A DNA stretch of 64,000 bases from Candidatus Kaiserbacteria bacterium RIFCSPHIGHO2_01_FULL_53_29 (GCA_001781125.1 MFKT01000009.1:10712-74711); one strand, 5' to 3'; shown: positions 6,718 to 21,121, counted from the first letter of the stretch. Translations and numbers: made by a program. The notes: generated by a model from the sequence alone, not told the origin.

Positions 6718-8452
6718 TCCGAGTTGTCAACAGTTTACACACACCCATGAGTCGGATAACTTCCTCCTCATTACCGAGGTTTTCAGCCTTTTTAAGGGCA
6801 TACGTAGCCTCGTCGAGCTCCGCAGCAAGCAGCTCCCTGAGGATAACGTGAAGAAGCACCTTCGCCTCGCGCAAAGGTGCAGCGCTCTTGCCATAGAGGC
6901 GCTCGGCAGAGAAACGCAAGGCTTCGCGCTCGCTCTCGGAGAGTGTCGTGAGTGAAGCGAAAGCCTCTGCACCCACCGCCTCTTCCAATTCGCGCGCGTA
7001 AGCGGCAACATCTATCGAAGGCTTTTGCAAAGACTGCTGCCAGAGAAGAATTGAAAACGCTTGCCGTGCCCTTCCGAAGCCTTGGGCGAAGGAGGGCTTT
7101 GCCTTGTCCTGATCGCGAACACTATCGTCCATTGCGACGCGCGACGCAGTCGGAACCTTTGCGAGTGTTTCTGCAACAGCAGCTTCGGAGACACCGAGGC
7201 GCGCTGCGATCTCATGTAGGTATTGTTCACGCGCGATCGGCGATTGCACGTCGGAGAGGAACGGCAATACCACTTGTTCGACTGAACGGCGGAAACTATC
7301 GGGCGCTTTCATATGCTCCTCGAGCACATCGAGTAAGAAGGCAATGATGTCTTTTGCATTTCGTATCGCCTTTTTCCACGCCTCGGCACCTTCTTTGAGT
7401 ATGAGGTCGGCGGGATCGAGATCGGTGGGCAATTGCGCGACTTTGACGTTGAGCCCGCCTTGGAGCGCTGCGCGTGCCGCGCGGCCCGCCGCCTTGATAC
7501 CCGCTTCGTCGGCATCGAGTGCAATGACGAGATTGTCTGTCATGCGATGGATGAGTGCGGCGTGCTCCGAAGTGAACGCCGTACCGGATACCGCGACGGT
7601 ATTCCCCCATCCAGCCTGATGTGAAGCCAATAAATCCATTTGTCCCTCCACCAAAACGGCGCAATTGTTCTTGCGGATGGACTGTTTTGCGCGGTCGAAA
7701 CCGTACAAAATGCGGGATTTGTGGAAGAGGGGTGTTTCTGGCGAGTTCATGTATTTAGGCGGCTCAAAGCCACCGTCAGTCTTCGCCGCCTGCCCCGTGG
7801 CCGCAGGCTTTACGGGGAAGATACGGCCCGAAAATCCAACCACGCGACCGGCGGAATCCGCGATTGGGAATATGATGCGGTTGCGGAATTTGTCTGTGAG
7901 ATTGCCCCGTTCGTTTTTCTTGGCCAAACCGGCGTCAAGGATCTCTTTGTCGGTAAACTTTTTTGCCTTTAGATATTCCGACGCTTCGCTCCACGAATCC
8001 CCCGCAAGCCCGAGCCGGAATTCCTGCACGGTGGCATCGCTCATGCCGCGCTCCTTGAGGTACTTCTTCGCAGCGTCAGTAAGGCGTGAAGTATAAAAAA
8101 TGGTCGCGACTTCCATGAGCTCGAACAATCGCGCGCGCTCATCGGTCTTTTCTTTTCCACCACGTTCATACACCAATTCCACTCCCGCCTTCTCCGCAAG
8201 TACTTTCAGCGCCCCCTTAAAATCCAACCCCTCGATAGCTTCGACAAAAGAAAAAATATCCCCGCCGACATTGCACCCAAAACAATGGTACGTGCCTCTG
8301 TCCGGCGACACATGAAATGAAGGCGTGCGCTCAGCATGAAAAGGACATCTCGCGCGCAGGCTTGCCCCCGCACGTTCAAGCTTCACGTATTGCGACACCA
8401 CGTCGACGATCGAGAGTCTATCTTTAATTTGTTGAACAGTATCCCCTGCCAT
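6692..8452 (-). CDS. dnaG: DNA primase DnaG
   Basis: Zn-ribbon CPFHAERTPSFHV...CFGC and the TOPRIM region are conserved. Lies upstream of rpoD, as in the classical operon. Confidence 0.92.
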   Translation of the reverse strand: MAGDTVQQIKDRLSIVDVVSQYVKLERAGASLRARCPFHAERTPSFHVSPDRGTYHCFGCNVGGDIFSFVEAIEGLDFKGALKVLAEKAGVELVYERGGKEKTDERARLFELMEVATIFYTSRLTDAAKKYLKERGMSDATVQEFRLGLAGDSWSEASEYLKAKKFTDKEILDAGLAKKNERGNLTDKFRNRIIFPIADSAGRVVGFSGRIFPVKPAATGQAAKTDGGFEPPKYMNSPETPLFHKSRILYGFDRAKQSIRKNNCAVLVEGQMDLLASHQAGWGNTVAVSGTAFTSEHAALIHRMTDNLVIALDADEAGIKAAGRAARAALQGGLNVKVAQLPTDLDPADLILKEGAEAWKKAIRNAKDIIAFLLDVLEEHMKAPDSFRRSVEQVVLPFLSDVQSPIAREQYLHEIAARLGVSEAAVAETLAKVPTASRVAMDDSVRDQDKAKPSFAQGFGRARQAFSILLWQQSLQKPSIDVAAYARELEEAVGAEAFASLTTLSESEREALRFSAERLYGKSAAPLREAKVLLHVILRELLAAELDEATYALKKAENLGNEEEVIRLMGVCKLLTTRIGQIHERV

Positions 8453-8515
8453 GCATCCTATTATGCGCTTTCAGTATAAAAAGTGCGAACGCCGGCTCCT
8501 GCGGGGAGCCGACGT

Positions 8516-8824
8516 TCAATCTCTTTGATGTGCACGCTTCCATTCGCGCACGCCGGCGTTGAAGCCGGAGTCGAAGCAGTGGCCCGTCCATGGGATTTTC
8601 ATAAGGATATCTGGATCATTGGTGCCATTGCGGTTGCGCGTGTGTCGATAGCCGTGCCTCCAGCCTCTGACGGTGTTGCGAAGAACGACCGCGAAAAGTA
8701 GCGCGCATGCGGGGATCAGCTGCCAGAAAGGCGACTGGAAACGGATCAGCAATGCGAGCGCGAGCATGGCCGCAGCACTTGCGACCGTGCTGTTGGCCGT
8801 ACAAATGGACCAGATCTTTCGCAT
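8516..8824 (-). CDS. hypothetical membrane protein (102 aa)
   Basis: Two N-terminal transmembrane helices. GGTGA SD-like sequence before ATG. A hairpin follows before dnaG. Confidence 0.35.
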   Translation of the reverse strand: MRKIWSICTANSTVASAAAMLALALLIRFQSPFWQLIPACALLFAVVLRNTVRGWRHGYRHTRNRNGTNDPDILMKIPWTGHCFDSGFNAGVREWKRAHQRD

Positions 8825-8881
8825 GATTCACCTCCGCGCTATCTTTAACACGTTTCTGCTTATCGTTCAACCGACTCCTTT

Positions 8882-9633
8882 AAAGGGAGGCCTCGCCTCC
8901 CTTTTTCCTGCTATGATAGAGGCATATGAGTTACCGACGAACACCGTTTGCTCCGGATGAGCATTATCACTGTTACACTCGAGGCATCGATGGTCGGGTG
9001 ACGTTCAAGGACAAGGAAGATTACGAACGATTCCAGGAATCTCTGTATTTGTGCAACGATAACGGTGCGTTTGATCGTAGTAATTTCCAGAAACTCAGTC
9101 ATTCCGAAATTTTTACGCGGCCCAGAAAGAGCGAGCTCGTGGCGATCGGTTCCTATAGTCTTATGCCGAATCACTTTCATGTCGGATTTCAGGAAATAGA
9201 AGAGGGAGGATCTTCAAAGTTTCTACAGAAGCTCGGCACGAGTTACAGTATGTACTTCAACGCAAAATATGCCCGAGTAGGTGGACTGTTCATTGGACCG
9301 TGCCGATCCCGCCACATCGCGACGGATCGTTATTTCAAGCAAGTCGCACAATACATCCATCTCAATGCAGCCGAGGTCTTTGAGCCGGGATGGAAACGTG
9401 GAGCTGTGAGAAATATGCGAAGTCTGGAAAGCCGCCTCAAGGAGTACGCGTTTTCAAGTTTGCGGGACTACGCAGGTACTCCACGCCCTGAACGCGCAAT
9501 GCTCAACCCAGAACTAATGCAACTTACAGCGGAAGATATGCCTCCACTTAATACGGTACTCACGGACGCTCGAGAATATTACGAAAACCTTAATCCCCTT
9601 TGAAAAGACGGGATTGGGGAGGCCCCGCCTCCC
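8882..9633 (+). mobile_element. minimal IS200/IS605-like element: a RayT-type Y1 transposase flanked by GGGAGGC-N3-GCCTCCC hairpins
   Basis: Left hairpin aaagggaggc-ctc-gcctcccttt (8882-8904). Right hairpin ggggaggc-ccc-gcctccc (9616-9633). No other gene inside. Confidence 0.55.
8926..9603 (+). CDS. REP-associated tyrosine transposase (RayT) / IS200-like Y1 transposase
   Basis: YHCYTRG motif. HxH motif (MPNHFHVGF). Catalytic Tyr region (SYSMYFNAKYARVGGLFIG). YIHLNAAE. Clearly homologous to ORF 60648..61316. Confidence 0.7.
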   Translation: MSYRRTPFAPDEHYHCYTRGIDGRVTFKDKEDYERFQESLYLCNDNGAFDRSNFQKLSHSEIFTRPRKSELVAIGSYSLMPNHFHVGFQEIEEGGSSKFLQKLGTSYSMYFNAKYARVGGLFIGPCRSRHIATDRYFKQVAQYIHLNAAEVFEPGWKRGAVRNMRSLESRLKEYAFSSLRDYAGTPRPERAMLNPELMQLTAEDMPPLNTVLTDAREYYENLNPL

Positions 9634-9712
9634 TAACATAAAAAGAAGAAGGCGGCATTGGCGTCCGCCTTCTTTCGTCTCATGTACTATGCGGGGCTTA
9701 GAAGCTGACGGT

Positions 9713-10120
9713 TCAGACGGGTCCGAATCCCTGGCGAAAGAGCGCCTCGCCAAATTGTCGCAATCTGATCATTTCCGAGCTCAGCGAGACCTCGCCGCGC
9801 GCGCGAAGTCGAACTTCCTTGTCCGTGTCGACGATGATCATCAAGCCGCACCAGTTTCCTTGTCCACCGCCGGGCCATTTCCAAGCCACCGCGACGTGAT
9901 CATCATTGGTGAAACGCTCAGATTCTTCTTTGTCGAACCCAGCCACTTCGTTGCCAGCCGCGTGCAAGGTGCCGCGGCCGATACCCGCCGTTACGCACAG
10001 GGATATCAAGACCGGTCGCACCGCCGTCGTCACAGGTTTCCATCCGCTCGTCAAGAGATTCTTTGTGGTTACCACCGCTGTCGCGAGATTTCCACTCATG
10101 GATACGTTCCTTACGTTCAA
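9713..10120 (-). CDS. hypothetical protein (135 aa), co-directional downstream of rpoC
   Basis: GC3-biased codons. The alternative plus-strand ORF is Arg-rich and looks like an antisense shadow. No domain recognised. Confidence 0.3.
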   Translation of the reverse strand: MNVRNVSMSGNLATAVVTTKNLLTSGWKPVTTAVRPVLISLCVTAGIGRGTLHAAGNEVAGFDKEESERFTNDDHVAVAWKWPGGGQGNWCGLMIIVDTDKEVRLRARGEVSLSSEMIRLRQFGEALFRQGFGPV

Positions 10121-10169
10121 GAGCAGCAGGCTGATTCCTGCACTCTGCGAGAGTTATAGCACAAACGCA

Positions 10170-13895
<3,726 letters not shown>

Positions 13896-13934
13896 GTTAG
13901 TTTTTCTTAGCGAATAAAATGAGTCTAGAAAATC

Positions 13935-16900
13935 TTACAAATTTTTAGAGTTTTCCTTGAATTCGATATCGATACCAAGCCCTCGCAAATGCCGGACCAG
14001 AACATTGAAGGTCGCGGGGGTATTGCTCTCCTCGATGCGTTTACCGGAAACGATCGCATCGAATGCCGCCGAGCGGCCCAAGATGTCGTCGGATTTAATT
14101 GTGAGAATCTCGCGCAAAGAATAGGCGGCGCCGTACCCTAAGAATGCCCACACCTCCATTTCTCCCACGCGCTGGCCGCCATTTTGCGCCTTGCCGCCCA
14201 AGGGCTGCTGCGTCGTGAGCGAGTACGGGCCGATAGAGCGCATGTGGATTTTGTCCTCGACCATGTGGTGAAGCTTCAATATATACATGACACCGACGGA
14301 AACGGGCTGTGCGAAAGCCTCGCCGGTACGTCCGTCGAAGAGAATGCGCTTGCCGGTTTCGGCTACACCCGCGAGCTTAAGTTCCTCGCGTATCTCTTTT
14401 TCGGAGGCACCCGCAAATGACGGCACGACAGCCTGATAGCCGAGTATGTCCGCCGCAAGGCCCAAATGGAGCTCGAGGATCTGACCCAGGTTCATGCGGC
14501 TTGGCACGCCCAAGGGAGTGAGAATGATATCCACCGGATTGCCTTCGGCATCGAACGGCATGTCTTCTTCGGGAAGAATACGACTAATGACGCCTTTGTT
14601 GCCGTGACGGCCGGCGAGCTTGTCGCCCACCGATATCGTGCGCAGCTGCGCGACCTCAATATGCACGCGCTTGATGACGCCGCTTTCGAGCTGATCGCCG
14701 GTCTCGCGCGAGAACACTTTGACGCCGATAATGCGTCCGCGCTTCCCACCTTCCATACGAAGTGATGTGTCTTTCACGTCTTTGGCTTTTTCGCCAAAGA
14801 TCGCGTGCAAGAGACGCTCCTCCGGCGTGAGCTGTGTCTCGCCTTTCGGGGTCACTTTGCCGACCAGAATATCGCCGGAGCGCACTTCTGCGCCAATGCG
14901 GATAACGCCGTCCTCGTCGAGATTACGGAGTTTGAATTCGCTGACGTTGGGGATATCGTGGGTCGTGACTTCGCTCCCTAGCTTGGTGTCGCGGACCACA
15001 CAAATGAATTCCTCCATGTGGATAGAGGTGAAGCGTGCTTCCTTGGCCAGTCTTTCGGAAATGACGATGGCATCTTCATAGTTGGCGCCGAACCACGGCA
15101 AGAAGGCGACACGGACGTTCTGGCCTATCGCAAGCTGTCCGGCAACCGACGTCGAGGTATCGGCAAGGACGGTTCCCTTCTTCGCGCTATCGCCCACAGA
15201 AACCGCGGGTCTCTGGTGGAACGTGGTAAAGCCGTTGGTGCGGGAAAAATTGACGAGGCTGTACTCCTTGGTCTTTCCATCGCTATTTTTGACCTTGATC
15301 ATTTGCGCGTCAGCGTACGTCACTTCCCCCGCTTCTTCGGCGATAACGAGCCGGCCGGAGTCGCGCGCCGCGGCAGACTCAACGCCGGTTGCTACTACCG
15401 GTGCTTCAGGGACCACAAGCGGCACCGCTTGCTTTTGCATGTTGGAACCCATGAGCGCGCGGTTGGCGTCGTCGTTCTCGACAAAGGGGATGAGCGAAGT
15501 CGCGACCGAGAACGGCTGGTTGGTGGCGACTTCCATGAAATCCACGTTCTCGCGCTTCACGAGGGTCGGATTTCCTTCTTTGCGCACCTCCACCATTTTT
15601 ACCGTAATGTGTCCCGACTCGTCGCGCGGAATTCCTGCGTGCGCAATAGCATACTGTTCTTCTTCGAGTGCATTCAAATATTTGATCTCTTTGGTGACCA
15701 CTCCTTTTTCGACTTTCGCATACGGCGTCTCGATGATGCCGAATTCATTGGGGCGCGCATAGAGCGACATGTGAAGCACGAGCCCGATGTTCTTGCCTTC
15801 CGGTGTGTGAATGGGACACACACGACCGTAGTGCGATGAGTGCACGTCGCGCACTTCGAGGCCTGCGCGCTCACTCGTGAGGCCCCCGCGACCCAGTGTG
15901 GAGAGGGTGCGCAAATGTTCGATCTCATCAAGCGTATTGTATTGCTGCATGAGCTGCGAGAGCTGATCGGTCGTGAAAAATTCGCGGATGGCCGCTTGAA
16001 ACGGTCGCGGATTGACGAACGAAACGGGGCTCGTCGTCTCTGCATCCACCATCGCCATGCGGTCCTGAATGTTGCGCTTCATGCGCGAGAGGCCTACACG
16101 CATGCGGCTCTCCAAGAGCTCGCCCGCGAATCGCACGCGGCGAAATCCGAGGTGGTCGATGTCGTCTGCCTGAGCTGCCGCGTTCGCATTCAATTCGGCA
16201 ATATTGGTGATGATGCGGACCACATCGGAGAGCGTGAGGATCGAATTCGTAAGGTCTTTCTCACTGACCCCGAGCCCGAAACGACGGTTGAAATGGAAAC
16301 GGCCAACACGCGAGAAATCGTAGCGCTCCGCAGAAAGGATAACTTCGACATGGGCGCGCGCAGACTCCGGTGTCGCAATATCTCCGTCACGCAGCCTCCG
16401 GTAGATCTCGACGAACGCCTCCTCGGGCGTTTGTGCGTGGTCGTGCTCGAGCGTCTTTGCGATCGCGTCGCGAGCGAGAACAGATTTTTCAAATTTACCT
16501 AAAATTTCTTTCTCACTCGCAACTCCGAGCACGCGCAAAAGCGAAGTCACGGGAAACCGGCGTTTGCGGTCGATCTTTACATAAATGCCGCCGTCGGCAT
16601 CGGATTCGATCTCTATCCATACGCCGCGCGCAGGAATGATCTTGGCAGCAAAATAATTCTTGCCCTTGTGCGGAATTGATTCGAAGAAAACACCGTACGA
16701 GCGCGCGAGTTGCGGCACGACGATGCGCTCGACTCCGTTGATGATGAAGGTGCCGTGATGTGTCATCCACGGAAAATCCGCGAGAAAGATCTCCTGCTCC
16801 TTCTCCTCGCCGTTCGTCTTGTTTTTCAGTCGCACAACCATCGAAAGCGGCGCCTCGTAGGTGCGCATTGCTCTTTTCGCGTAGTGCTCATCCCAGCGCA

Positions 16901-17114
16901 ATTCGCCGAAGGTGAACTTCACGAGCTTCAACTCGAATTTTTTGTTGGAGTGGTCGGTGATAGGGGAAAACTCCTTAAAGACACGCTCGGCACCCCCCTC
17001 CACGAATTGCCGGAAGGATGCGATCTGTGACTCCACGAGACTCGGGAATTTCACCAGAGGCTCGCGAAATTTGCCGAAGTATTTTTGCGGTCGCACGTGC
17101 TTCGTTTTCGCCAT
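13935..17114 (-). CDS. rpoB: DNA-directed RNA polymerase subunit beta
   Basis: 1059 aa. Conserved beta-subunit blocks (GRHGNKGVISRILP, NMQRQAVPL-like). Compact form. Confidence 0.95.
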   Translation of the reverse strand: MAKTKHVRPQKYFGKFREPLVKFPSLVESQIASFRQFVEGGAERVFKEFSPITDHSNKKFELKLVKFTFGELRWDEHYAKRAMRTYEAPLSMVVRLKNKTNGEEKEQEIFLADFPWMTHHGTFIINGVERIVVPQLARSYGVFFESIPHKGKNYFAAKIIPARGVWIEIESDADGGIYVKIDRKRRFPVTSLLRVLGVASEKEILGKFEKSVLARDAIAKTLEHDHAQTPEEAFVEIYRRLRDGDIATPESARAHVEVILSAERYDFSRVGRFHFNRRFGLGVSEKDLTNSILTLSDVVRIITNIAELNANAAAQADDIDHLGFRRVRFAGELLESRMRVGLSRMKRNIQDRMAMVDAETTSPVSFVNPRPFQAAIREFFTTDQLSQLMQQYNTLDEIEHLRTLSTLGRGGLTSERAGLEVRDVHSSHYGRVCPIHTPEGKNIGLVLHMSLYARPNEFGIIETPYAKVEKGVVTKEIKYLNALEEEQYAIAHAGIPRDESGHITVKMVEVRKEGNPTLVKRENVDFMEVATNQPFSVATSLIPFVENDDANRALMGSNMQKQAVPLVVPEAPVVATGVESAAARDSGRLVIAEEAGEVTYADAQMIKVKNSDGKTKEYSLVNFSRTNGFTTFHQRPAVSVGDSAKKGTVLADTSTSVAGQLAIGQNVRVAFLPWFGANYEDAIVISERLAKEARFTSIHMEEFICVVRDTKLGSEVTTHDIPNVSEFKLRNLDEDGVIRIGAEVRSGDILVGKVTPKGETQLTPEERLLHAIFGEKAKDVKDTSLRMEGGKRGRIIGVKVFSRETGDQLESGVIKRVHIEVAQLRTISVGDKLAGRHGNKGVISRILPEEDMPFDAEGNPVDIILTPLGVPSRMNLGQILELHLGLAADILGYQAVVPSFAGASEKEIREELKLAGVAETGKRILFDGRTGEAFAQPVSVGVMYILKLHHMVEDKIHMRSIGPYSLTTQQPLGGKAQNGGQRVGEMEVWAFLGYGAAYSLREILTIKSDDILGRSAAFDAIVSGKRIEESNTPATFNVLVRHLRGLGIDIEFKENSKNL

Positions 17115-17210
17115 TTTACAACAAGCTACCCGTGGTCCCGCCGAGGCGGGATCATGGTGTGAGTACCGTTATTAAATTTTCGTATCTAAATGCATCTTTC
17201 GATGCCATTT

Positions 17211-17255
17211 TGCTTCTCCGCCAGAGGCGGATCCTCCTCCGGAGGAAAAAGCGCA
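17211..17255 (-). promoter_or_regulatory. tandem hairpin leader motif upstream of rpoB (paired with the rpoD copy)
   Basis: gcttctccgccagaggcggatcctcctccggaggaaaaagcgc, in the rpoB 5' UTR. Confidence 0.4.
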
Positions 17256-17291
17256 GCCGCAACTCAATCAGCTCGTAGCAAATGTCCGAGG

Positions 17292-17320
17292 AGTATATAT
17301 TCTATGGGGTTTCTGGTCAA
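17292..17320 (-). promoter_or_regulatory. candidate rpoB promoter (TTGACC, 17 nt, TATACT)
   Basis: Minus strand reads TTGACCagaaaccccatagaataTATACT. Implies a roughly 170-nt leader. Confidence 0.35.
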
Positions 17321-17459
17321 CCTTGACAATACGAACAGTCAATTGTCTGAAATAATTCCCTCCACCACACTTTTCGAAAGTTGATTTTTCCACTTTGACG
17401 GCGTTCTTGCCGTTTTTTGAAATGATGATCGCCATACCGGCGAATCATCCCACAAATCT

Positions 17460-17741
17460 TCACTTTTTGAAACCACCACCAGAACGCGAGGCGCTCTTCA
17501 CCCACTTTTGTAGTGCTGCAAAGATGGCGTAGAAAATGATGGTATTTGTAAAAATTAAGCCCCAAAACAAAATGGTGTGATCGTACCCATAATTTACTAA
17601 TAGACCTAATGGCAATGTTGCTAACCCGACGCCAACATCACAAAACATGCCATTGCAATTAGCTGCATCGATTACTATAACGCCAACGAAGCTAAGATAT
17701 ATTAGAGCCACCACCGCTCCCCATACAGAGATTTTTTTCAT
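17460..17741 (-). CDS. small membrane protein (93 aa), AT-rich
   Basis: Three hydrophobic segments. Low-GC region. No homology recognised. Confidence 0.3.
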   Translation of the reverse strand: MKKISVWGAVVALIYLSFVGVIVIDAANCNGMFCDVGVGLATLPLGLLVNYGYDHTILFWGLIFTNTIIFYAIFAALQKWVKSASRSGGGFKK

Positions 17742-17750
17742 ACTGAATCA

Positions 17751-20414
17751 CTATAGCGCATTTTCGATTTGGGCAAGGATGTTTATCAACATCTGTGCAT
17801 CAGTATCCGTAATTTTCCCGTTTGTCGCTTTTTTCGATATCATTGTCGTAAGATTGGCAAGAGCTGCAGTAAGAGCCTGTTTGTTCTCCAATCTGTCGAC
17901 ACGCTTGAGGAGATTATTTTTTAGGCTCGCTTTTATATTCAACGAGATGATTTTTGTCTTAAGTTGAACAAGGACGTCTGCATTGAGCGCCACGCTATCT
18001 GACTGTGCCCCAAGAAGCTCCACAAGTGCCACAATTTCATTCGCATCCGCGGTTGTAATTTTCCCTTTCACTTCCTGATTTGATACTTTCTTCTTGAATT
18101 TCGCGAGAACTTTCGCATTCTTTTGTTTTTTTACCTCGATCTTCTTTTCAAGACCCACAACCTTTTTCAAAAGATCCTGCTTCAACTTGTCTTTGATGTC
18201 GAGGGTTAGGATTTTTTCTTTGATAAGTACAAGTAATTCACTGAGCGATGGTTCAGTGCCATCAGGAGAAATTGTTCGGTCGATCTGATTGTCGCCATTT
18301 ACGTCAACCTCTATAGTTGTCTCCTCCGGTGCGGTGCTTACAACCTCAAACGTGGCATTCGTATTCTCCGTCGTCGGAATATCGGAGAAGCTGGCGACTG
18401 GCGTCGTCGCATCTGCTATAAAATCCTCGATGGTGACCGTCGTGGAGCCGCTGCCGACACCCTGGTAGACAAATGTATAGGTACCCGTTTTCGGGAGAAA
18501 GATGTGCTGGGTCTCGCTGGTGTAAATGAAGCTACTCCCGGGAATATTTCCTAGAATCGTGAGAATCTCGGCTGAAAGATCTTGATTGGGATCAATGCCG
18601 GTGAGGTTCCCGAATTCATCGTACGCGCCGAGAATTACGGGAGAGTAGGTGCTGACTATTAACTCGTCGTCGAGATCGACAACCTGTGGTTTTGCGCCTA
18701 AGACGAAGTTAGTCTGTAGTATATTTTCACCACTGATTACTGACTCTATTAAACTTCGAATTGGACTGGTGCTTAACAAATCTCTATGTTGTGCTTGTTT
18801 GTTACCAGGCTCTCGATATAAATCAAGATTGAAAAAATACGTTTCATCCGCCACCGACGAAATTGCGCTCGGATAAACAACTGTGCTATCGCCTTCGCGG
18901 GTAAACAACGTCCCGTAACTCTGCAAAAAATGACTCGTTCGATACTCCACCGCTTTTACTGTTGGTCTCCCCCAGCCAGCGACCTGCACCACGCGAATGT
19001 GCTCGGGAAACGCATACGTGTCGTACATGGCATGGAAATCGGCAGCACCCCCCATGAGATCAGTCCGCACAACTTCTGGAATGTGCAGAAAGTTCTCGGG
19101 CGGACTCGTACGCGTAACACCTTGCCCCGTCATAAATTCGACGAACGGACTGTAGGTATTAATGAGGTTGCCCCAGAAATTTCTCCAGTTCTGCGTAAAA
19201 CCGACATCCGCGAATGTGATAACCGGATCAGTTACCGCACTAAAATATGCGGGCGATGGAAGGAGGCTGTATGCAGACGGCATGTTTTGCGAAATCGTGC
19301 GCGCTGCCGCGGGTTGCACAATAAAGCCGCTAGCAATTCCTTCACCATCGCCGTGGAGGATTGCAGAAATCGCCTGCGGTGTGCCGAGTTGTGGCGAGCC
19401 AACCATGACAAACGCATCGATGAGGTTATCTTTCCCCTCTTGTTGTAAACGTTTGATGATAGCCTTCCCCAAAAGTCCACCCATCGAGTGCGCAACAATT
19501 GTGACTTTGCCAGATCTCGAATTCGTCGCGAGCTGCTCTATTTTCTCAAGCACATCCACCATGCCACTGGACGTTTTGATGCCATCATCAATTACTTTCT
19601 CCGGCGAGTGTCGCCAGTCGTATGCAAGCGGCAGCCACTCTTCTATTAATCCTTCGCTGACAAGAGCGTCCATAAAGTTCGAAAACGGAGAGTAGATAGG
19701 AGAGCCGTAGAACGTGTCCAAAATGCCATTCACCTGTACATCATTCACACTCTCTCCCGCTTCATTGAGCGCAAGCTGCGGTACGTCATTGCTCCACGCG
19801 GTCGGCGGCCAGAGTGTGTCCGACCCGCTCCTCAAGATACTTCCCTTGATTCCTGGCAAGAAGAGCACGCTAGAGAATCCTACAACGGCACTCTCATCGG
19901 TGACGGTGAAGCGAATGGTTTCTACATAGTCTTCTGCTGATTGCGCGTATACAGTGTCGCCCAACACAAACTGCAGAAATCTCTGATAGAGGCCCCGATT
20001 CACTTGCACGGGTGGTGGTACGTTGTAGACGTCGAGCTCGTAGACACCAGGGACTTCCCACGTGAGGGTGTTCTCGCCGAAGAATCCTCCGATTGCTCCA
20101 ATGAGCTCGCGCGGAGATTGCGGATCGGGTATGCGAAAGAGAATGCCGCTCACGTCGAAAGAAGCACTACCTTCTATGCGGGCGACGTACACGTCTTTTG
20201 AGATATTGAGTGCTACGGGATACGTCCCGTCGTCTTCCATGTATATGCGATCGTCTGAAATGATTTCTCCTGTGTTGTCATCTTCTACGACAGTGCCCCA
20301 CACAAGCTGCGACGAAGCGAATGCGAAAGATGGTAGAGCGCACAGAAGGACGCCCGCGGTCAACGCAACCAAAAATACGTAGTAAAAGCGATTCGAAACT
20401 GTTCTGGCGGACAT
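17751..20414 (-). CDS. secreted alpha/beta-hydrolase, lipase/esterase-like (PGAP1/LCAT-like GHSMGG), with C-terminal tandem coiled repeats
   Basis: Signal peptide. VTIVAHSMGGLLGK nucleophile elbow. Two tandem K-rich repeats of about 65 aa at the C-terminus. Confidence 0.65.
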   Translation of the reverse strand: MSARTVSNRFYYVFLVALTAGVLLCALPSFAFASSQLVWGTVVEDDNTGEIISDDRIYMEDDGTYPVALNISKDVYVARIEGSASFDVSGILFRIPDPQSPRELIGAIGGFFGENTLTWEVPGVYELDVYNVPPPVQVNRGLYQRFLQFVLGDTVYAQSAEDYVETIRFTVTDESAVVGFSSVLFLPGIKGSILRSGSDTLWPPTAWSNDVPQLALNEAGESVNDVQVNGILDTFYGSPIYSPFSNFMDALVSEGLIEEWLPLAYDWRHSPEKVIDDGIKTSSGMVDVLEKIEQLATNSRSGKVTIVAHSMGGLLGKAIIKRLQQEGKDNLIDAFVMVGSPQLGTPQAISAILHGDGEGIASGFIVQPAAARTISQNMPSAYSLLPSPAYFSAVTDPVITFADVGFTQNWRNFWGNLINTYSPFVEFMTGQGVTRTSPPENFLHIPEVVRTDLMGGAADFHAMYDTYAFPEHIRVVQVAGWGRPTVKAVEYRTSHFLQSYGTLFTREGDSTVVYPSAISSVADETYFFNLDLYREPGNKQAQHRDLLSTSPIRSLIESVISGENILQTNFVLGAKPQVVDLDDELIVSTYSPVILGAYDEFGNLTGIDPNQDLSAEILTILGNIPGSSFIYTSETQHIFLPKTGTYTFVYQGVGSGSTTVTIEDFIADATTPVASFSDIPTTENTNATFEVVSTAPEETTIEVDVNGDNQIDRTISPDGTEPSLSELLVLIKEKILTLDIKDKLKQDLLKKVVGLEKKIEVKKQKNAKVLAKFKKKVSNQEVKGKITTADANEIVALVELLGAQSDSVALNADVLVQLKTKIISLNIKASLKNNLLKRVDRLENKQALTAALANLTTMISKKATNGKITDTDAQMLINILAQIENAL

Positions 20415-20455
20415 ATTCCGAGGATTGTCCCACGCGACAATCCTACTTCACGAAG

Positions 20456-21121
20456 TTATCCACCTTTTGTCCGTTTGGACTTTTTCCACTTCTCAATCTT
20501 GGCGTGGTGGCCGGAGAGGAGTACTTTGGGGACCTTGTATTTCCTACCCTTCCAAATGAGGGCCTCCGGTCGCGTATAAACTTCGGGACTTGAAACGCGC
20601 GAAGCTTCGAGCGACTCGGCTTTGCCGAGAACTCCAGGCACAAGACGCGTTATGCAATCGATCACTGTCGCCGCCGGAAGCTCCCCACCGGTGAGCACGT
20701 AGGGACCGATGGAGATCTTTTTCGCCTTTAAGATTTTCTGCACACGCGCATCGACTCCCTCGTAGTGCCCGCAGATAAATAGAATGTCTTTTTTAGTAGC
20801 GAGTTTCTTCGCCATCGCCTCATCAAATGCCGTGCCGTCGGTCGAAAAGAATACCGTCGCAATGGAACCACCGAGGCGTCGCCTTGATGGTTTCAACGCT
20901 GCATCTGCTGCGCGTAATATTCCGTCCGGCTCCAAAACCATCCCCGGTCCACCACCATATGGCCGTCGGTCCACACGACCGTATTTATCGTGGGTGAATT
21001 TCTTGGGGTCGTAGTAGGAAATTTTTATTTTCTTCGCCTTGATGGCGCGACCGATGATCGAGCTCTTGAGGTAGGGCTCGATGGATTCGGGAAACAGGGT
21101 GACGATATGAAAATGAATCAT
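20456..21121 (-). CDS. trmD: tRNA (guanine37-N1)-methyltransferase TrmD
   Basis: MIHFHIVTLFPE...GGGPGMVL. SPOUT knot motifs. Confidence 0.9.
   Translation of the reverse strand: MIHFHIVTLFPESIEPYLKSSIIGRAIKAKKIKISYYDPKKFTHDKYGRVDRRPYGGGPGMVLEPDGILRAADAALKPSRRRLGGSIATVFFSTDGTAFDEAMAKKLATKKDILFICGHYEGVDARVQKILKAKKISIGPYVLTGGELPAATVIDCITRLVPGVLGKAESLEASRVSSPEVYTRPEALIWKGRKYKVPKVLLSGHHAKIEKWKKSKRTKGG

Noticed and set aside
9614-10159. 181-aa plus-strand ORF downstream of the RayT element
   Set aside because: Extremely Arg-rich. The opposite-strand 135-aa ORF has better codon bias. Neither is strongly supported.
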